From the NCBI GenBank assembly GCA_002633005.1, contig NMRA01000855.1:1-64000 (forward strand): 64,000 bases of DNA. Reading direction: 5' to 3'. The translations under genes and the position numbers were made by a program. Below are positions 49,671-62,700 of the stretch, piece after piece (positions within the stretch are counted from its first letter, which is position 1; every line of letters begins with the position of its first letter). Under the pieces are notes generated by a model, which saw only the letters and a list, made by a program, of their open reading frames with translations, was not told the DNA's origin and did no database searches. This DNA is from Phoronis australis. Lineage: Eukaryota; Animalia; Phoronida.

Positions 49671-50104
49671 AGAACACAGCTGAAGAGCCGGAGGACACAG
49701 CGAAGGCGGCCAGATTGAAAACCTTGCTGCAGAGTCTAGCTAAGAAAATGAACACCAACACCAATGACGGCAATGAATCTGAAGAAACGCCACCTAGTGA
49801 GAGAAACTTTGGACCACATGGTCAGGAAGAGAATGTTCATGATAAATTAGGTGCGAGAAACTTTGGACCAGCCGGAAAGGAAAATTTGCAGTCAGTGCAC
49901 AAGAAGGGTAATTACGACTCGGAAACAAAAACAAGCGAAGGAGACGTCAACGAATCGCAAGAACGACAGAACTTTGGTCCAGCCAGATTGGCGGAAGCGG
50001 AAAATGCTGATGACAAGCGAAATTTTGGAACGTTTGGACGAAGCTTGAGACAGATGATTGACGAAGAACTAGAAAAGGTGATGCAGAGGAGAGGAATGAA
50101 ATGA
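49671..50104 (+). CDS. Gene B coding exon 3 (terminal): peptide-bearing region of a putative neuropeptide precursor
   Basis: Acceptor TGTATTCCAG ends at 49670; phase-1 join is in frame with ORF 49715-50104; four NFG units (R-NFGPHG, R-NFGPAG-K, R-QNFGPA-R, KR-NFGTF-G-R) in acidic spacers; ends SLRQMIDEELEKVMQRRGMK*; spliced product 238 aa. Confidence 0.9.
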
Positions 50105-50746
50105 AAAGTTCAGTCCAATCAGTTTTAGTTTTTGTAATGAAATCGAGTCACCAATGTTTCTACTGATGGTAGGATGTGCAAAAACAATAATCAACGGCGG
50201 CCCGTTTTTTCCAGGGTCGTACGCACATTCACAGATAAAGGGACATCATCGGCTTTCAATATCCCTTTCAGACAATTGCATTTTAGATGTTAATGAGCCA
50301 ACAGATCATTTGATTGGTTTGTGACAATTGATATCGAGTGCGGATATCCTTTACAGTATAACATATGCCAATTGGTTAACTTTTGTTCTGATAATAAACA
50401 TAGCGAGGCTTTCACAAGCATGTGGCTACAACTGCAGTAGCTCTGACCTGGTGTATGATCTTTGAGTTGATAAATCAGGCCCCAGGTGAAGATGTATCAT
50501 ATAGAACAATGGCTGACCACAAAGCACATTAATGGCGACAAAAGAGCAAGTTGGAAGTCTGTAGCCAGGACAGTATCAACACTGAAAAAATTTCAAAAGT
50601 TAAACGTAAATTGGACAAGGTGAAAATAGACACTCTCGAAGAATTTTAATCAAATTTAAATGTAATGGCTGTTCAAATATGATTAGTTTAATGAATCAAT
50701 ATCAATGTACCGTCTAGCAAAAGTAAGGAGTAGTTACGACTTGTGA

Positions 50747-50790
50747 AATAAATTCAACTGTCTCATTTTGTGATTGATTTTGTCTTTGTT
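50747..50790 (+). terminator. Candidate polyadenylation site of gene B
   Basis: AATAAA at 50747-50752 followed ~15-40 nt later by a GT/T-rich tract (TTTTGTGATTGATTTTGTCTTTGTTTC); an alternative AATAAA lies at 50393. Confidence 0.5.
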
Positions 50791-53700
50791 TCTTCAAATT
50801 ACCATACAATATGGAGGAACATTGAAATTTTATTTATCAAGCTTTTTAAGAAGAGTAAAGAAGAAGACAATTTTACTTCATTGTTTGGAAACTAATAGTA
50901 TATAGTACATCTATCATCAGCAAACACTGTGTTTTTGAATAAGGAACTACGTTTTTAAGTCTGTGGGCCGTGTTGCTCAACTAGCCTGGCACCGACCAAC
51001 TAAAATAAGGATGACGACCATATACCATATATAGCTACATGAACAGACAGCAAGACAATAGAGCCATCCCGTATTGTACAGTGATATAACTTTCCTTTGT
51101 CCTGGAGATAAGAAAGTGCATGGCCTAGTTTCGGAAATCGGGCACATTTTCGTGTCTCTCATTGATGTTGGGAAGTTGAAGAAATTCAGATCACACAATC
51201 ATCCGCTGGTGTTTTTCCAATTTATCATCAAATTTTTCACGCCAGAGTTGCAGCCCACAGTACAGCAAAAACACTTCGTTGGCATTGGAAGGACGAATTG
51301 AGTAATGCAACCGAGAAAAACTTGTTAAGAATCAGACAACAACAAATAATGCGTGAAATTCCAGTGGCACGAACGAGGCAGCAAATGTGCCTGACGAATG
51401 TTTACAGCATTGTGGGTAAATACAGCGAGACTCGATTGTTATTGCGTAATCTGGGACCGACCAAATTCTCTGTACCAAAAGAAATTCTTAGGAAATGACA
51501 GATAGTGAAATAAATATCACGTAATTAATTTTAAAATTTACAATTAAATTACAGACCATTCAGTCAGTGACAATCTTTTGTGTTGTAAACTATACTTGTG
51601 CACATACATGGACACATTCATGGTCATACTTAGACAATGGACATTGGTCATTTTGCTTCGACAATGGACATCATCATTTGTTCAGGTGAATATCTAGATG
51701 CGAAGAAATTATAAATCACCATTTCTGGAACATATGGTAAATGGTCATGCTGTTTTTGTGCAAAAGCAACGGCAGATAAAAGATAAATGAATCTTAAAAA
51801 TATCGCATATGACGCAACTGGTGTTTACCTGCAACCAGATACACGACCCAAGTGTATTAACAATATCCTGTTAAGACCACATCAGTCCCAATGGTGACAG
51901 GTTAGGACATACAGTAATTCTTTCGTTTTGCACAAAAATAATTCACAAAACGGCCATTTTTCAATTTTTCAACCACAGACTATCTTATGCAAATAATACG
52001 AACTTAACAAATATTGTTTTGGCCACATCATATAGTACAAACTAATAACAGTTTAAGACTAAAATTATCTTAATCTTTGTTTTGGTTGAGAAATTCCAAC
52101 AAAATAAGCCGGTCCACCACATTTGCATACTTAAGATATGAATAATTACTGTCAATGCACTGATGGCGCTGCAAAAATTATTGTTGTTTAGGACACAACG
52201 CCTTGTTTTAGCATCAATTTTAACTACGCAAACGTGAAAGCGCGGGTGTTCCAAACATACAGAACCATTAGTGGATTGGACAGATCACCTCGTTTTCAAG
52301 CACGATGGCGAATTCATGCATGTAGTGAATTGAACGCGGCTACCTCGGCATCGTATACTCTACACAATACTGTAATATCACAATGGTAACAGAATGAAAC
52401 AAAATTCTAATTGCCAAAACACCAGCGTTAGTCATGAAGACTGAAGAATTCCTAACAACTTCATTCCTCAATACCAGGAGCTAAGACATCATTCAAGACG
52501 AATACGCATGATCGGCTTATTGTATTGTTTGAAACTGAGACTACAAAAACACCTATTAGTACATATCAAGTACACCTATTTAGAACTGCTTAGGTAATAC
52601 GGTTATTACCTTGGGACATCCTGTTTCACACAATGGCGAGTGCTCATGGTTTTCGTTTAATTTTGCAACAAGTAGCAAAAACTTGAGTCATGAAATAAGA
52701 CAAGACAGCATTAATTTTCCCCTTTCTATGGTTTTACCGTTTTCAGAATGACCCAACAATGCAACACTCAATTAAACTTAAAATGTGAAATCATTTTTTA
52801 ATTTTACACCTGTGTAATGAACTCTGGTGATTACAACATGGCACATCGTGAAAAATTTAACTAGTCAAATTTCTTGACACATAAAAATATTATGAAAACT
52901 GTAGTGTGTTTAAGCCTGGTTTGTAATGTGTGGATGTGATAAAATGAATATCAGCAACATTTCCAATATTTGCAGCAAAGTATTCAGCCTATGAAATGTA
53001 GACAAATTATCAATTGGCAATTACTTTTATGCGACATCAGTGAAGAATTACGGTAATACTATTTTATATTCTATTTCCCTATCACTCACATTTTATAAAT
53101 CACAGTTAAATCATTGTGTGCTCTACTGATTGCTAGCTTGATTATATCTGCTAGAATTACAGGAAACTGACTGATTGCAAATAACTTCACATCACTGCCT
53201 TGTATTACAGTTAATGTCTACACCTGCCAAAAGGGTGCAGCACAATCTAAATAGGTTTAACAGACAAGGAGTGCAATCTGGACATTACTATAATTCTGTT
53301 ACAATCAAGGCATTAGTGCCTACAATATTTCATTTCATTAAATCTGAAATTAGTTGATATTCTATAGTTTAAAAGAAATTAACTCCATACATTTATTTGA
53401 GCACTCACGCATTTGTTTGTCAATCCTAAAAAGTTAACGGTAATTGATAAATTATCAGATTCATGCATCTCTTCAAGCCAAATGGCCATTTGAAAAATAC
53501 TGAGAACAAAAACTTAACTAAAACAAAACTATATCAGTGGAAATGATTACCAGATTCACTACAGAAATAAACAAACCAAAAGCCAAAAAGTAATAGCTAT
53601 ATAATATCTTACACACAAATCTGCGCATTTAGCCAAATATCATCTAAACTATGCAAATTAACTGCACAAAAGTTTACATTTTTTGAAAGTAGAAAGATTC

Positions 53701-54199
53701 TACTTTGATTTTTAACTTTATGTCAATGTGTAATTAATAGGGTCACATGACCAAGTCTCCTAAGTAAAATTAAGCATGAATTGAATAAATAATCAACAGA
53801 ATGTAGGCAATAGATTTTGACTGGTTATGCATGCTGGGAGGATACGTCCTCACTTTTTGTGTAACTATGGTGATGTATCTGTAATCGTCTGCTTCAATTC
53901 AGCAAGATACCGGCTGTCGTAAACACAAGTTTTGATTTGCCACTTTGCATACGGCTTTGATGAAAACTTGAAGTAAAGCGCCATTGTTTTAACCTTTGAA
54001 ACATATTTGTTGAGGAAGTGATATGAAATGTACAGGTGATAAGAAATGTATTCATTTGGCTTGAAATATTTTGAGTTCTTAGAGTATAAATTCACCAAAT
54101 CAAACCCAGCATCAGGAGTCACCAAAAATGTCAGTTTCCAGCATTCAGAGTGGCTATGTGTGAGCTTACACTTACGATACTGTGGATCCATTTAAAATA

Positions 54200-57100
54200 G
54201 AACTTGCACGCTAATTCCTTATCTCTGTGATTGCTTGGTCAAATTTGTTAGAAAAACAACATGTGAATATGAAGTTTGTTGAAAACTGCCAAATGTTTTT
54301 AAGAACAAGTTTTGTGTCTAGTAAGTATCCTGACGTGGAATTGGGGAATAACACTGCCTGATGTGAGCCCACGAGGTGTGTCATGAGTGCAAAGGTCACC
54401 TATTTGCAGAATTTTTGTTTTCGCATTTATAAGTTGTCAATGAATACAACCGCACTTTGTTTTAGCATAGATGATATTAAAAAGCATTGTCGTTTAGTTC
54501 CTGCTATACATTAGCATAGTTAGGAGCATGTAAACACATCTTTAAATCAACCACTTTCCATGACTGTTATGTATTTAGGAATCAATTCGACCATAGAATA
54601 CTTATCGAGTATCTTTGACTTGAGTTCCTTGGTTCAAAATGGATTCAAAGGTGTAAAGAAATAACGTGTATATGTATTCAACAAACATCACAGATGAATG
54701 AAAAGACGAGAGCATTCAGTAACATAGGGCCAGGCACCAGACTGCATGTCTTCGTACCGTACACAGGAGCTCAATACTGTATTGAGGTTAATTTATTTTT
54801 ATCATGGACAAACTTTTGTGATGACATGTCATGCTGGTACATGTTAACAGGTTAGGTAAATCGGTAATGGTCTGATATAAGCGTGCCAGAATTTTGAGAA
54901 CCAGTTTTCTCCACTAAATAACAGGCATCAAACTGGTTCTCAAAATACGGGCACAAAATATCAGACTATTGCCAGTAAATCTGTACCCAACTCGGCGTGA
55001 TATCATTTATAAATAAATATTAGGTATTCAATACTTTGTAAAATACTGTCTGTGATATCTCTCTAAGCTGATTCAGAGAAGTAGGGAAAAAATTTAATGC
55101 ATCTTGGCAGCTGAAATGAGCGACCACAAAAATAGGTTACCTCAAAGAAATAAATTTCTCGATATAACGTGCACCCCAATATTTTCCAAAATGTTACTTT
55201 TCCAAGCTCAGTTTTACACTTATCATTGATTTAATCAGGTGAGACATGTATTTCTTTAATCAAGGCATCTTATCACTCATTTTAGCTGCCAAAATGCATG
55301 AAATTCAAAAACAGAACTTAATTTCAACTATTATAATTTATACAAGAAATGTGAAGTCTCTTTGTTTTCTAAAAAGCTCACCATTAAGACCAACAAAAGC
55401 CATGGGTTACAGCACAGATACGCAAAACAACAAAATATGACGAAAAATTCATAAGTAATATTTACATACTTATATCATCACAATTTTGTTGTATTACAAA
55501 GTTACAATCCAGGAATACTTCACTATCATGTTATTCCTGTGCCCCAATGTAAGGTCACAAAGTGCACAGAAGTTTCCGCTCCCATTAGCTGTGCAACTGA
55601 AACCGGATCTTGGTGTTTTGCACAAGCAATTGTTTTTGTTTGGTGTTGTCACCATGAAAACTATTCTCTGAAGCTGACCTGCAGCTGGCACCACCTTAGT
55701 GTCTGTCTAACCTGAATACGGGATGATGGTGATGGTTTACCAGCCAAGAAATGTTGCTGTGGTAACAAAACAGAGCTGAGAGCACAGGTGCACTTGAGGT
55801 TGTCTGCCAGATTGAGACCCATATAGTGAAATCTGGACAAATTCAGAAACATTTTGGGCAACTTAAAAATTATCATTTGGCCTCCCCCAACGGTAAAGTT
55901 CACATACGATTGAAAGTTATAATAATTACAGCACGATTGTTTGCTACGGGTTTAAGCTCAAATTCTTCAAACATGTCATTTTATTTACTTGGTTCATATA
56001 AAGAGTATCTGAGTTCTAGCCATTTACAAAAACGTAGCATTGAAGCACTGTTAGCAAGAAAAACTAAAAAAAGAATTCCTTGAGACCATGCTTCACCGAT
56101 GACCCACTGTCCCCCCTACTCTCCCTCCCCCTCCCACCTCCCTCTCCCTCCCTCCCTCCTTCCCTCCCTCCCCCCTCCCCCTGGTGCGTATTGAAACTGC
56201 AAAATGTAAAGCAGGTGACCAGAATGGTTCTGGAAGAAGGTGGATAAGTTGTAATNGTTTTACACTTATAGATTTAATCAGGTGAGACACGTATTTCTTT
56301 AATTAAGGCATCATGTCTTTGAGGTCACTCATTTTAGTTGTCAAAATGCATGGAATTCAAAAACAGAACTTAATTTCAACTATTTTAATTTATACCAGAA
56401 ATGTGAAGTCTCTTTGTTTTCTAAAAAAAGCTCACCATAAAGACCAACAAGAGCCATGGGTTACAGCACAGATATGCAAAACAACAAAATATGACGGAAA
56501 ATTCATAAGTAATATCTACATACTTATATCACCACAATTTTGTTGTATTACGAAGTTACAATCCAGGATTACTTCACTATCATGTTATTCCTGTGCCCCA
56601 ATGTAAGGTCACCAAGTGCACAATAGTTTCCGCTCCCATTAGCTGTGCAACTGAAACCAGATCTTGGTGTTTTGCACAAGCAATTGTTTTTGTTTGGTGT
56701 TGTCACCGTGAAAACTACTCTCTGAAGCTGACCTGCAGCTGGCACCACCTTGGTGTCTGTCTAACCTGAATATGGGAGTGGTGGTGATGGTTTACCAGCC
56801 AAGAAATGTTGCTATGGTAACAAAACAGAGCTGAGAGCACTGGTGCACATGAGGTTGTCTGCCAGATTCAGACCAATACAGTGAAAACTGGACAAATTCT
56901 TCAAACATGTTATTTTATTTACTTGGTTCATATAAAGAATATCCGAGTTCTAGCCATTTACAAAAACGTAGCATTGAAGCACTGTTAGCTAGAAAAACTA
57001 AAAAAATAATTCCTTGAGAGCATGCCTCACCCATAAAATAACCCACTGTCCCACCCACCCTCCCTCCCTCCCTGTCTCCCCCCTTCCCCCTCCCCTGGTG

Positions 57101-58188
57101 CGTATTGAAACTGCAAAATGTAAAGCAGGTGACCAGAATGGTTCTGGAAGAAGGTGGATAAGTTGTAATGAATGCGCAGACAAATAAGCGAACCTTGCAC
57201 TCAGAGAGAGGGAATCTGGCTATGGTTTGCTTCTATGGGTATTGGCAACTGACCAACGAAGATTTTGATAGCAAGGGCACCAGGTATTCATCCGGTATAA
57301 ACCAAGCTGTTTGTCAAATTATTTACAGACATGTTAGATATCTGTAAATACTCATTTACATCTGCAACTACTTATTTACAGACATGTTATATCTGTAAAG
57401 TTCTCAAACAGACTATCTAGGCACCCCGTCAAAACACTGGCACCATAATCAGCCAATAAAAGCACACATTTTGAACACACCCCAACTCAGTAGATCAGTA
57501 AGATGTCTTTAAAGTAGGAATAAAACATCTGTTATTGCAGGTGATACAGGTACACCAGTCCACTGCAGCGTTTGAACTAGACAGTGCAACTCTCACCATC
57601 CCACATGCAGTAAAAATTCCTGAATTTGGGACAAAAATTTGCTAAAACCAACATTATTCTATTTCCAGAGGCTTACTTCGCGATTGGTGTAAATGCTCAA
57701 ACTTTCACCAAAAATCATTTGGTGACAGCTTTAAAGTGAAAACCATGCCGACGATGTCAAAGTAAAAATTCTGTATAAGTACTGTTTATTGAGCACTTTA
57801 AAGATGTATTTGTATGCCGCTATGCTAATGTATAGCAGAACTAAATTACAATGCTATTTTAACATAGTCTATGCTAAACAAAGAGCAGCTGTATTCATTG
57901 ACAACTTGTAAATGCGAAACCATAAAATTCTACAAATAGGTGACCTTGGCACTAATGACGGACCTTGGGGGTTCATGTAATCCGCTTTATGCAGTGTTAT
58001 TCCCCAGCACCACGTCAGGATACCTTCTGGACACTGTTCAGTGATTTGCGAAAAATAATTTTCGCCACAAAACTCGTTCCAAAAACATTTGGCAACCTAG
58101 TACTTCATATTCTTATAGTCTATATATGTTGTGTTTTTACCGAATTTGGCCAAGCGATCACACAGATAAAGAATTAGCCTGCAAGTTT
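54200..58188. repeat. Pair of ~330-370 bp inverted repeats (54200-54520 and 57815-58188)
   Basis: GCTAATTCCTTATCTCTGTGATTGCTTGGTCAAATTT...AGTTGTCAATGAATACA..TTTGTTTAGCATAGA matches the reverse complement at 57815-58188; a related fragment lies at ~21045-21145. Confidence 0.7.
55211..57169. repeat. Apparent ~1 kb tandem duplication joined at a single N (probable uncollapsed haplotypes)
   Basis: Unit 1 55211-56255, N at 56256, unit 2 56257-57169; both start GTTTTACACTTAT and end GGATAAGTTGTAAT; unit 2 lacks ~130 bp. Confidence 0.8.
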
Positions 58189-59610
58189 CACTTATAATAA
58201 AATGAAGTTTCGCATGTCGCAAACTAGAGGTTTTACTATAATCCTATTATATCAAAGCCAATTGTGTCAAAATATAAAGTTTCTTCTTTCAAAGCAAGGT
58301 CCTCATCGCAGTCTTATTTGTTTGTATTGTAAGTGAGGTCAGCCAGATTACAATGGCAACTGTAACTTAAACCAAGACGAGTAACTTGACAGGCCTAGCA
58401 CCTTTTAAAATGTATATCATAACTACCATCAGACAAAGTAATTGGAAAATGTAACCAATCAGAATAACAGCCTAGTGGTACATGGGCATGTTTTGGCCCA
58501 TGCACCTGAATCCAAAATAATGCATTTTTGAAGCCCCTCGCATAATGGGGATTCACTTGGAGTTAGGAGCAACTATCCCCTGCATATATGGATATCTTAA
58601 ACTGGCTGTCATTTGTGTTTTCTGTCCCTTCTCGTAACTTTTTATTCAGTTCTTAAGAAAAAAAAGTGAATAAATGTCCACCATTGTGCAAGAGATCAGT
58701 CAAGTTTCACTCATAAAAAATATTCTCCTTAGTTTTACCCAGATACATAGTTGTATGCACGTGATTCTGGAAATAGGCACAACTTAATGTATAAGACAAA
58801 ATATGGAAAAAGATCAATTTCAGCACTAATTTTTGTCTGTGGAAAGATTTTACATGGCTTGGGTTAAATTGCTGACTTTCTAGCAATTGACCCTCTACAC
58901 GCCATCCCAAAATGTACAAAGTTAGAGGTGATATCTTGCCACTTTGTGTATTCTGTTCAGCCAATGCTTTGATCAGTATTTCATATCACTACATTTGGCA
59001 GTTTGGTACACACAGACAGTGAGTTGTAATGTTCTGTCAAGAAAATTCAACCGATTGGATAAATATTTGTAAATGTGTGACATATGGCAACACCGTTTGC
59101 TATTTAACTCTTTAAAATTGCCCGACATTCAAAAAGCACAAAGCAAAGTGATTTTTATAAACTTTACTGAATTAAAATTCTTCCATGAAAGAAGAGAAAT
59201 CAATTTGAGGACTTTTCAAAACTGTCCTTAGCTGCTCTATTATACAGTGTGATTGCTACCAAAGGCTTTTTGCAACAGTTTTAGAACTGTGATAATGATG
59301 GTTATACAAGTTACAGATAACCAAACCTTTTGGGTAACCTCTACTCACTGATTATTCAAAGTTAACCCTATTTCAAGTTAACAGATATTTTTATTTTACT
59401 TCAGGAATTAACAGATTTTTTCAAAAACAAAAAGATAATAGAAACAACATACCTAAACACACATCTAAACAATTTCCAAATGAAAGGCTTGTGAACACAC
59501 ATTTTGAGTTTCAACTTTTATACTAAGACAATGTCTCGTATTTTTTGTAATATAAATTTTGTTAGCATGTATCATGAAACAGGAGCTGCTGTAGAGTCAA
59601 ACATGTATTT

Positions 59611-59745
59611 GGGTCTTTGTAGATTATTCCATTCTATGAACCATCAAATCTGGCTCACATAGGGGTCTTTGTAGATTATTCCATTCTGTGAACCATCAAA
59701 TCTGGCTCATGTAGATTATCCCACTCTGTGCACCATCACGTCTAG
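59611..59745. repeat. Minisatellite, ~52 bp x 2.5
   Basis: GGGTCTTTGTAGATTATTCCATTCT.TGAACCATCAAATCTGGCTCA repeated. Confidence 0.8.
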
Positions 59746-62700
59746 CTTGTCATAATGCTTTGGATAAATAGCTTCCAACGATGATATAATTTTTATTCAA
59801 TTTTCTCAAAAAGTAAATTATGCATTGCTTAACACATTTCAGACATATATCTCACAAAAATGTTACAAACCATTGAGATTTTGGTTTCTGATCTTTCTCT
59901 TCTGTCAAATATGTAATCTATCCTTACATATTTCCTATTTGTAATTTATCTGTATCTTTACAATATTCATTTCAGAAAATAGTGAATAACTTGGATATCA
60001 CATCAACCTAACGCGGTTGCAGATAAAAAAATCAGTGTTTTCACTTCAATGTTGTTAAATTTAATGTGTTTGTTATTTTAACAATGCACATTGTCAAATA
60101 TTCATTTCATGTTCCATTATTTTTGATAATGGGTGACTATGGTGCCTGCTTTTATGTTTAATTACAGTTTTAAATTTGTTGAATTCTTTATCTTTTAAAA
60201 ATCAAATTGAGCACATTGAATTTGTTCAATGAACATTTGCTGACACCCCACAGAGAGGCCGCTTCCTGGCAGACCACATGAGTACTTTGTACTGCAAATT
60301 TCTCAAAAACTACATTATCAAGCAAGTTCTACCATATCTCTCCAAAGAAATAATCTTTTACTTATTTCTTGAAGTCATCAAAATTTCACCTAATGATGTT
60401 TTGTACCCGCTGTTAAGTGAAAACTGTTCTAAAACAGAAAGTTTCTAAATCTTTATTCAGCAGAACAGCACCTTTGACAACAAACTGTGTGCTCAATGCT
60501 AAATTGGTCAAATATTACTGCAAGAGCTCCAATGATGCCACAGAGGGTCACACTGCCCTATAATTGAGTCATGAGGTAAGACAGCAGAACTTGACACAAA
60601 GATTGAGGTTTTACTGATTCATTGTGGAATACTTCACTAAAGACTGTATATCTTAAGATCAACAACATGTCAGCTGTTACTAAACTTTGTTTGGATGGTG
60701 TTTTACAAAGAATAAGAAACAATTCTGACTACTTCATAAGATTGACCAGTTGAGAGTCTGTCCTAACTCTACATGTCATGGCTCTGGTTTTTAGAACAAC
60801 TGTAACATTTGTGTAGTTTTTCGACCACATCAATAATTTGACACCCATGTTTTTTAAAACAGTGCCACACTGCTATTATGTCACTTTACCCAGCAATAAT
60901 GAATTCTTTTTATAATTTAAGAAATGTTAATTTGATCACAGCTGTACAGCATTGTGTTCAGAAATGAGTACAATTTTTATACCTATATTTCTAGTTTATT
61001 GTAAGACCTTATCAACAAGTCTGTCAATTTATCTAAATATCTTCAAAAAGAACATTTTAACTCAGTAAAAGTATGCATATTTTGAAAATTAAAAGCCTGT
61101 AGACTTTGATTTTTGTCTTTATAGCAATCTGCCATTAATTGTGTCATGTGACCATGTGTTTCAGTAAAATTAACCGAAAAAGAAACTTTAGGTAAGGAAA
61201 ACAACGGTGTTAAGAACATGGGAAAATTCTGTTTGATATAAATGTTCAAAATAAAATCACAAAAACGCTGGTTCCGTTTTAAATTATTACTTTTTTAGTT
61301 TGAAGAAAATTTCGATTTTTTCACATAACATATTAGTCTTATTTTTATAGCCTCTCGTGCAAAAGTGGAATATTTTAAAAACAATTCGTAATAGCGTTTG
61401 GAGAATAGTGCATAAAGCATAGTATGTGAGAAATTTAATGTGAATTTGATCATTCGTTTCCCAGATATGATTTCCATAACCTTAAGTAACTTGCCAACAT
61501 AAAATTCCAGTTTTCTACCAGCATGCTAAACAAGCGAACAATTGACGGAGCTCAGTCTTGTCTAGGTAACTGTTCTAAAACTTTCACAGCAACTGACTAA
61601 CATGGGACCCTTTCGACAGGCACAGGTCCCCAATTTCTGGCAGGAGTGATCCAGTGAAGACTGGAAATACAATAAATAGCTGCAGACCAAATATAGTTGT
61701 TGAGAGCACCCCTACTGGAGTACAGACAGCAGATTAATCTCATTAGTTACTATGTACTACCACATGGCGAGGTAATCAAATCCAAATTCCCAGAATATTT
61801 CTGTCACTGCCAACACACGTTTTTACTACGCCATGGCCTCAGGCACGCCTAGTAAACAGACTTCAAGTTCACCAGAATCCACGGACTGGTATGGAATTTC
61901 CTGCATGTAAAAATCTCATAAAGTTTCTTCAATCAACAACACAATGCAGTGGAAGAGGAAAATATAAATTTTACTATTTTTATAAAAATTTCAACAAAAG
62001 TAAATATTAGGAAGAAACTTTCCTTCCACTGGAGTTTATACACACATGATGATAATCTTAAGTTTTAACAGTGCAGTGAGCTTCTGAACAATGGCAAGAC
62101 TAAAAGTGACTACAGCTAAAGGCCAATATCTCACATACCTAAAACTATAGCATTTTAACCTTTAGTGACAGAAATTCACTAAACATGCTATAAAATCCAC
62201 CTTTTGGTCCAAGAAACATATTATAACTTAGACTATTTAATTGGCCGCAATCTGTTCCTTACACACAGATGAGAAGGGGTTTCTGGACTTGCCAAGACCT
62301 GCCAGTTCCTCATTTTTCTCGAACTACCTTCAAGGTGAAATCTCAAAAACGCTGATACAATCTTATAAAATATCATTTCATTTTCATTTTATGCAACATA
62401 AGATTTTTCATTAAAACCATCAAAGACCTATTTTGATGGTCCCTCATACAAAACTGGAACATTTTAAAAACAATTTCTATCACGTTTTGGAGAACAAGCA
62501 TACAGCATAAAATCTGAAAGTTTCATGTGAATGCAATCAGCCATCTCTGAGATTCTGAGACACAATGTATTGAAGTTACGAAGTTCGCCAAATTTGTTTG
62601 TCAACTAATTTATACTTGGTGAAGATTGTCCATGAGGTTTCGTGTATTTTGAGAACCATTTTTTTCCAGTGAATATAATGGGCATCAAGTTTTTTCTCAA

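Noticed and set aside
55211-57169. ~1 kb tandem duplication as a real segmental duplication
   Set aside because: The junction is exactly a single N, typical of overlapping contig ends from two haplotypes; likely an assembly artefact.
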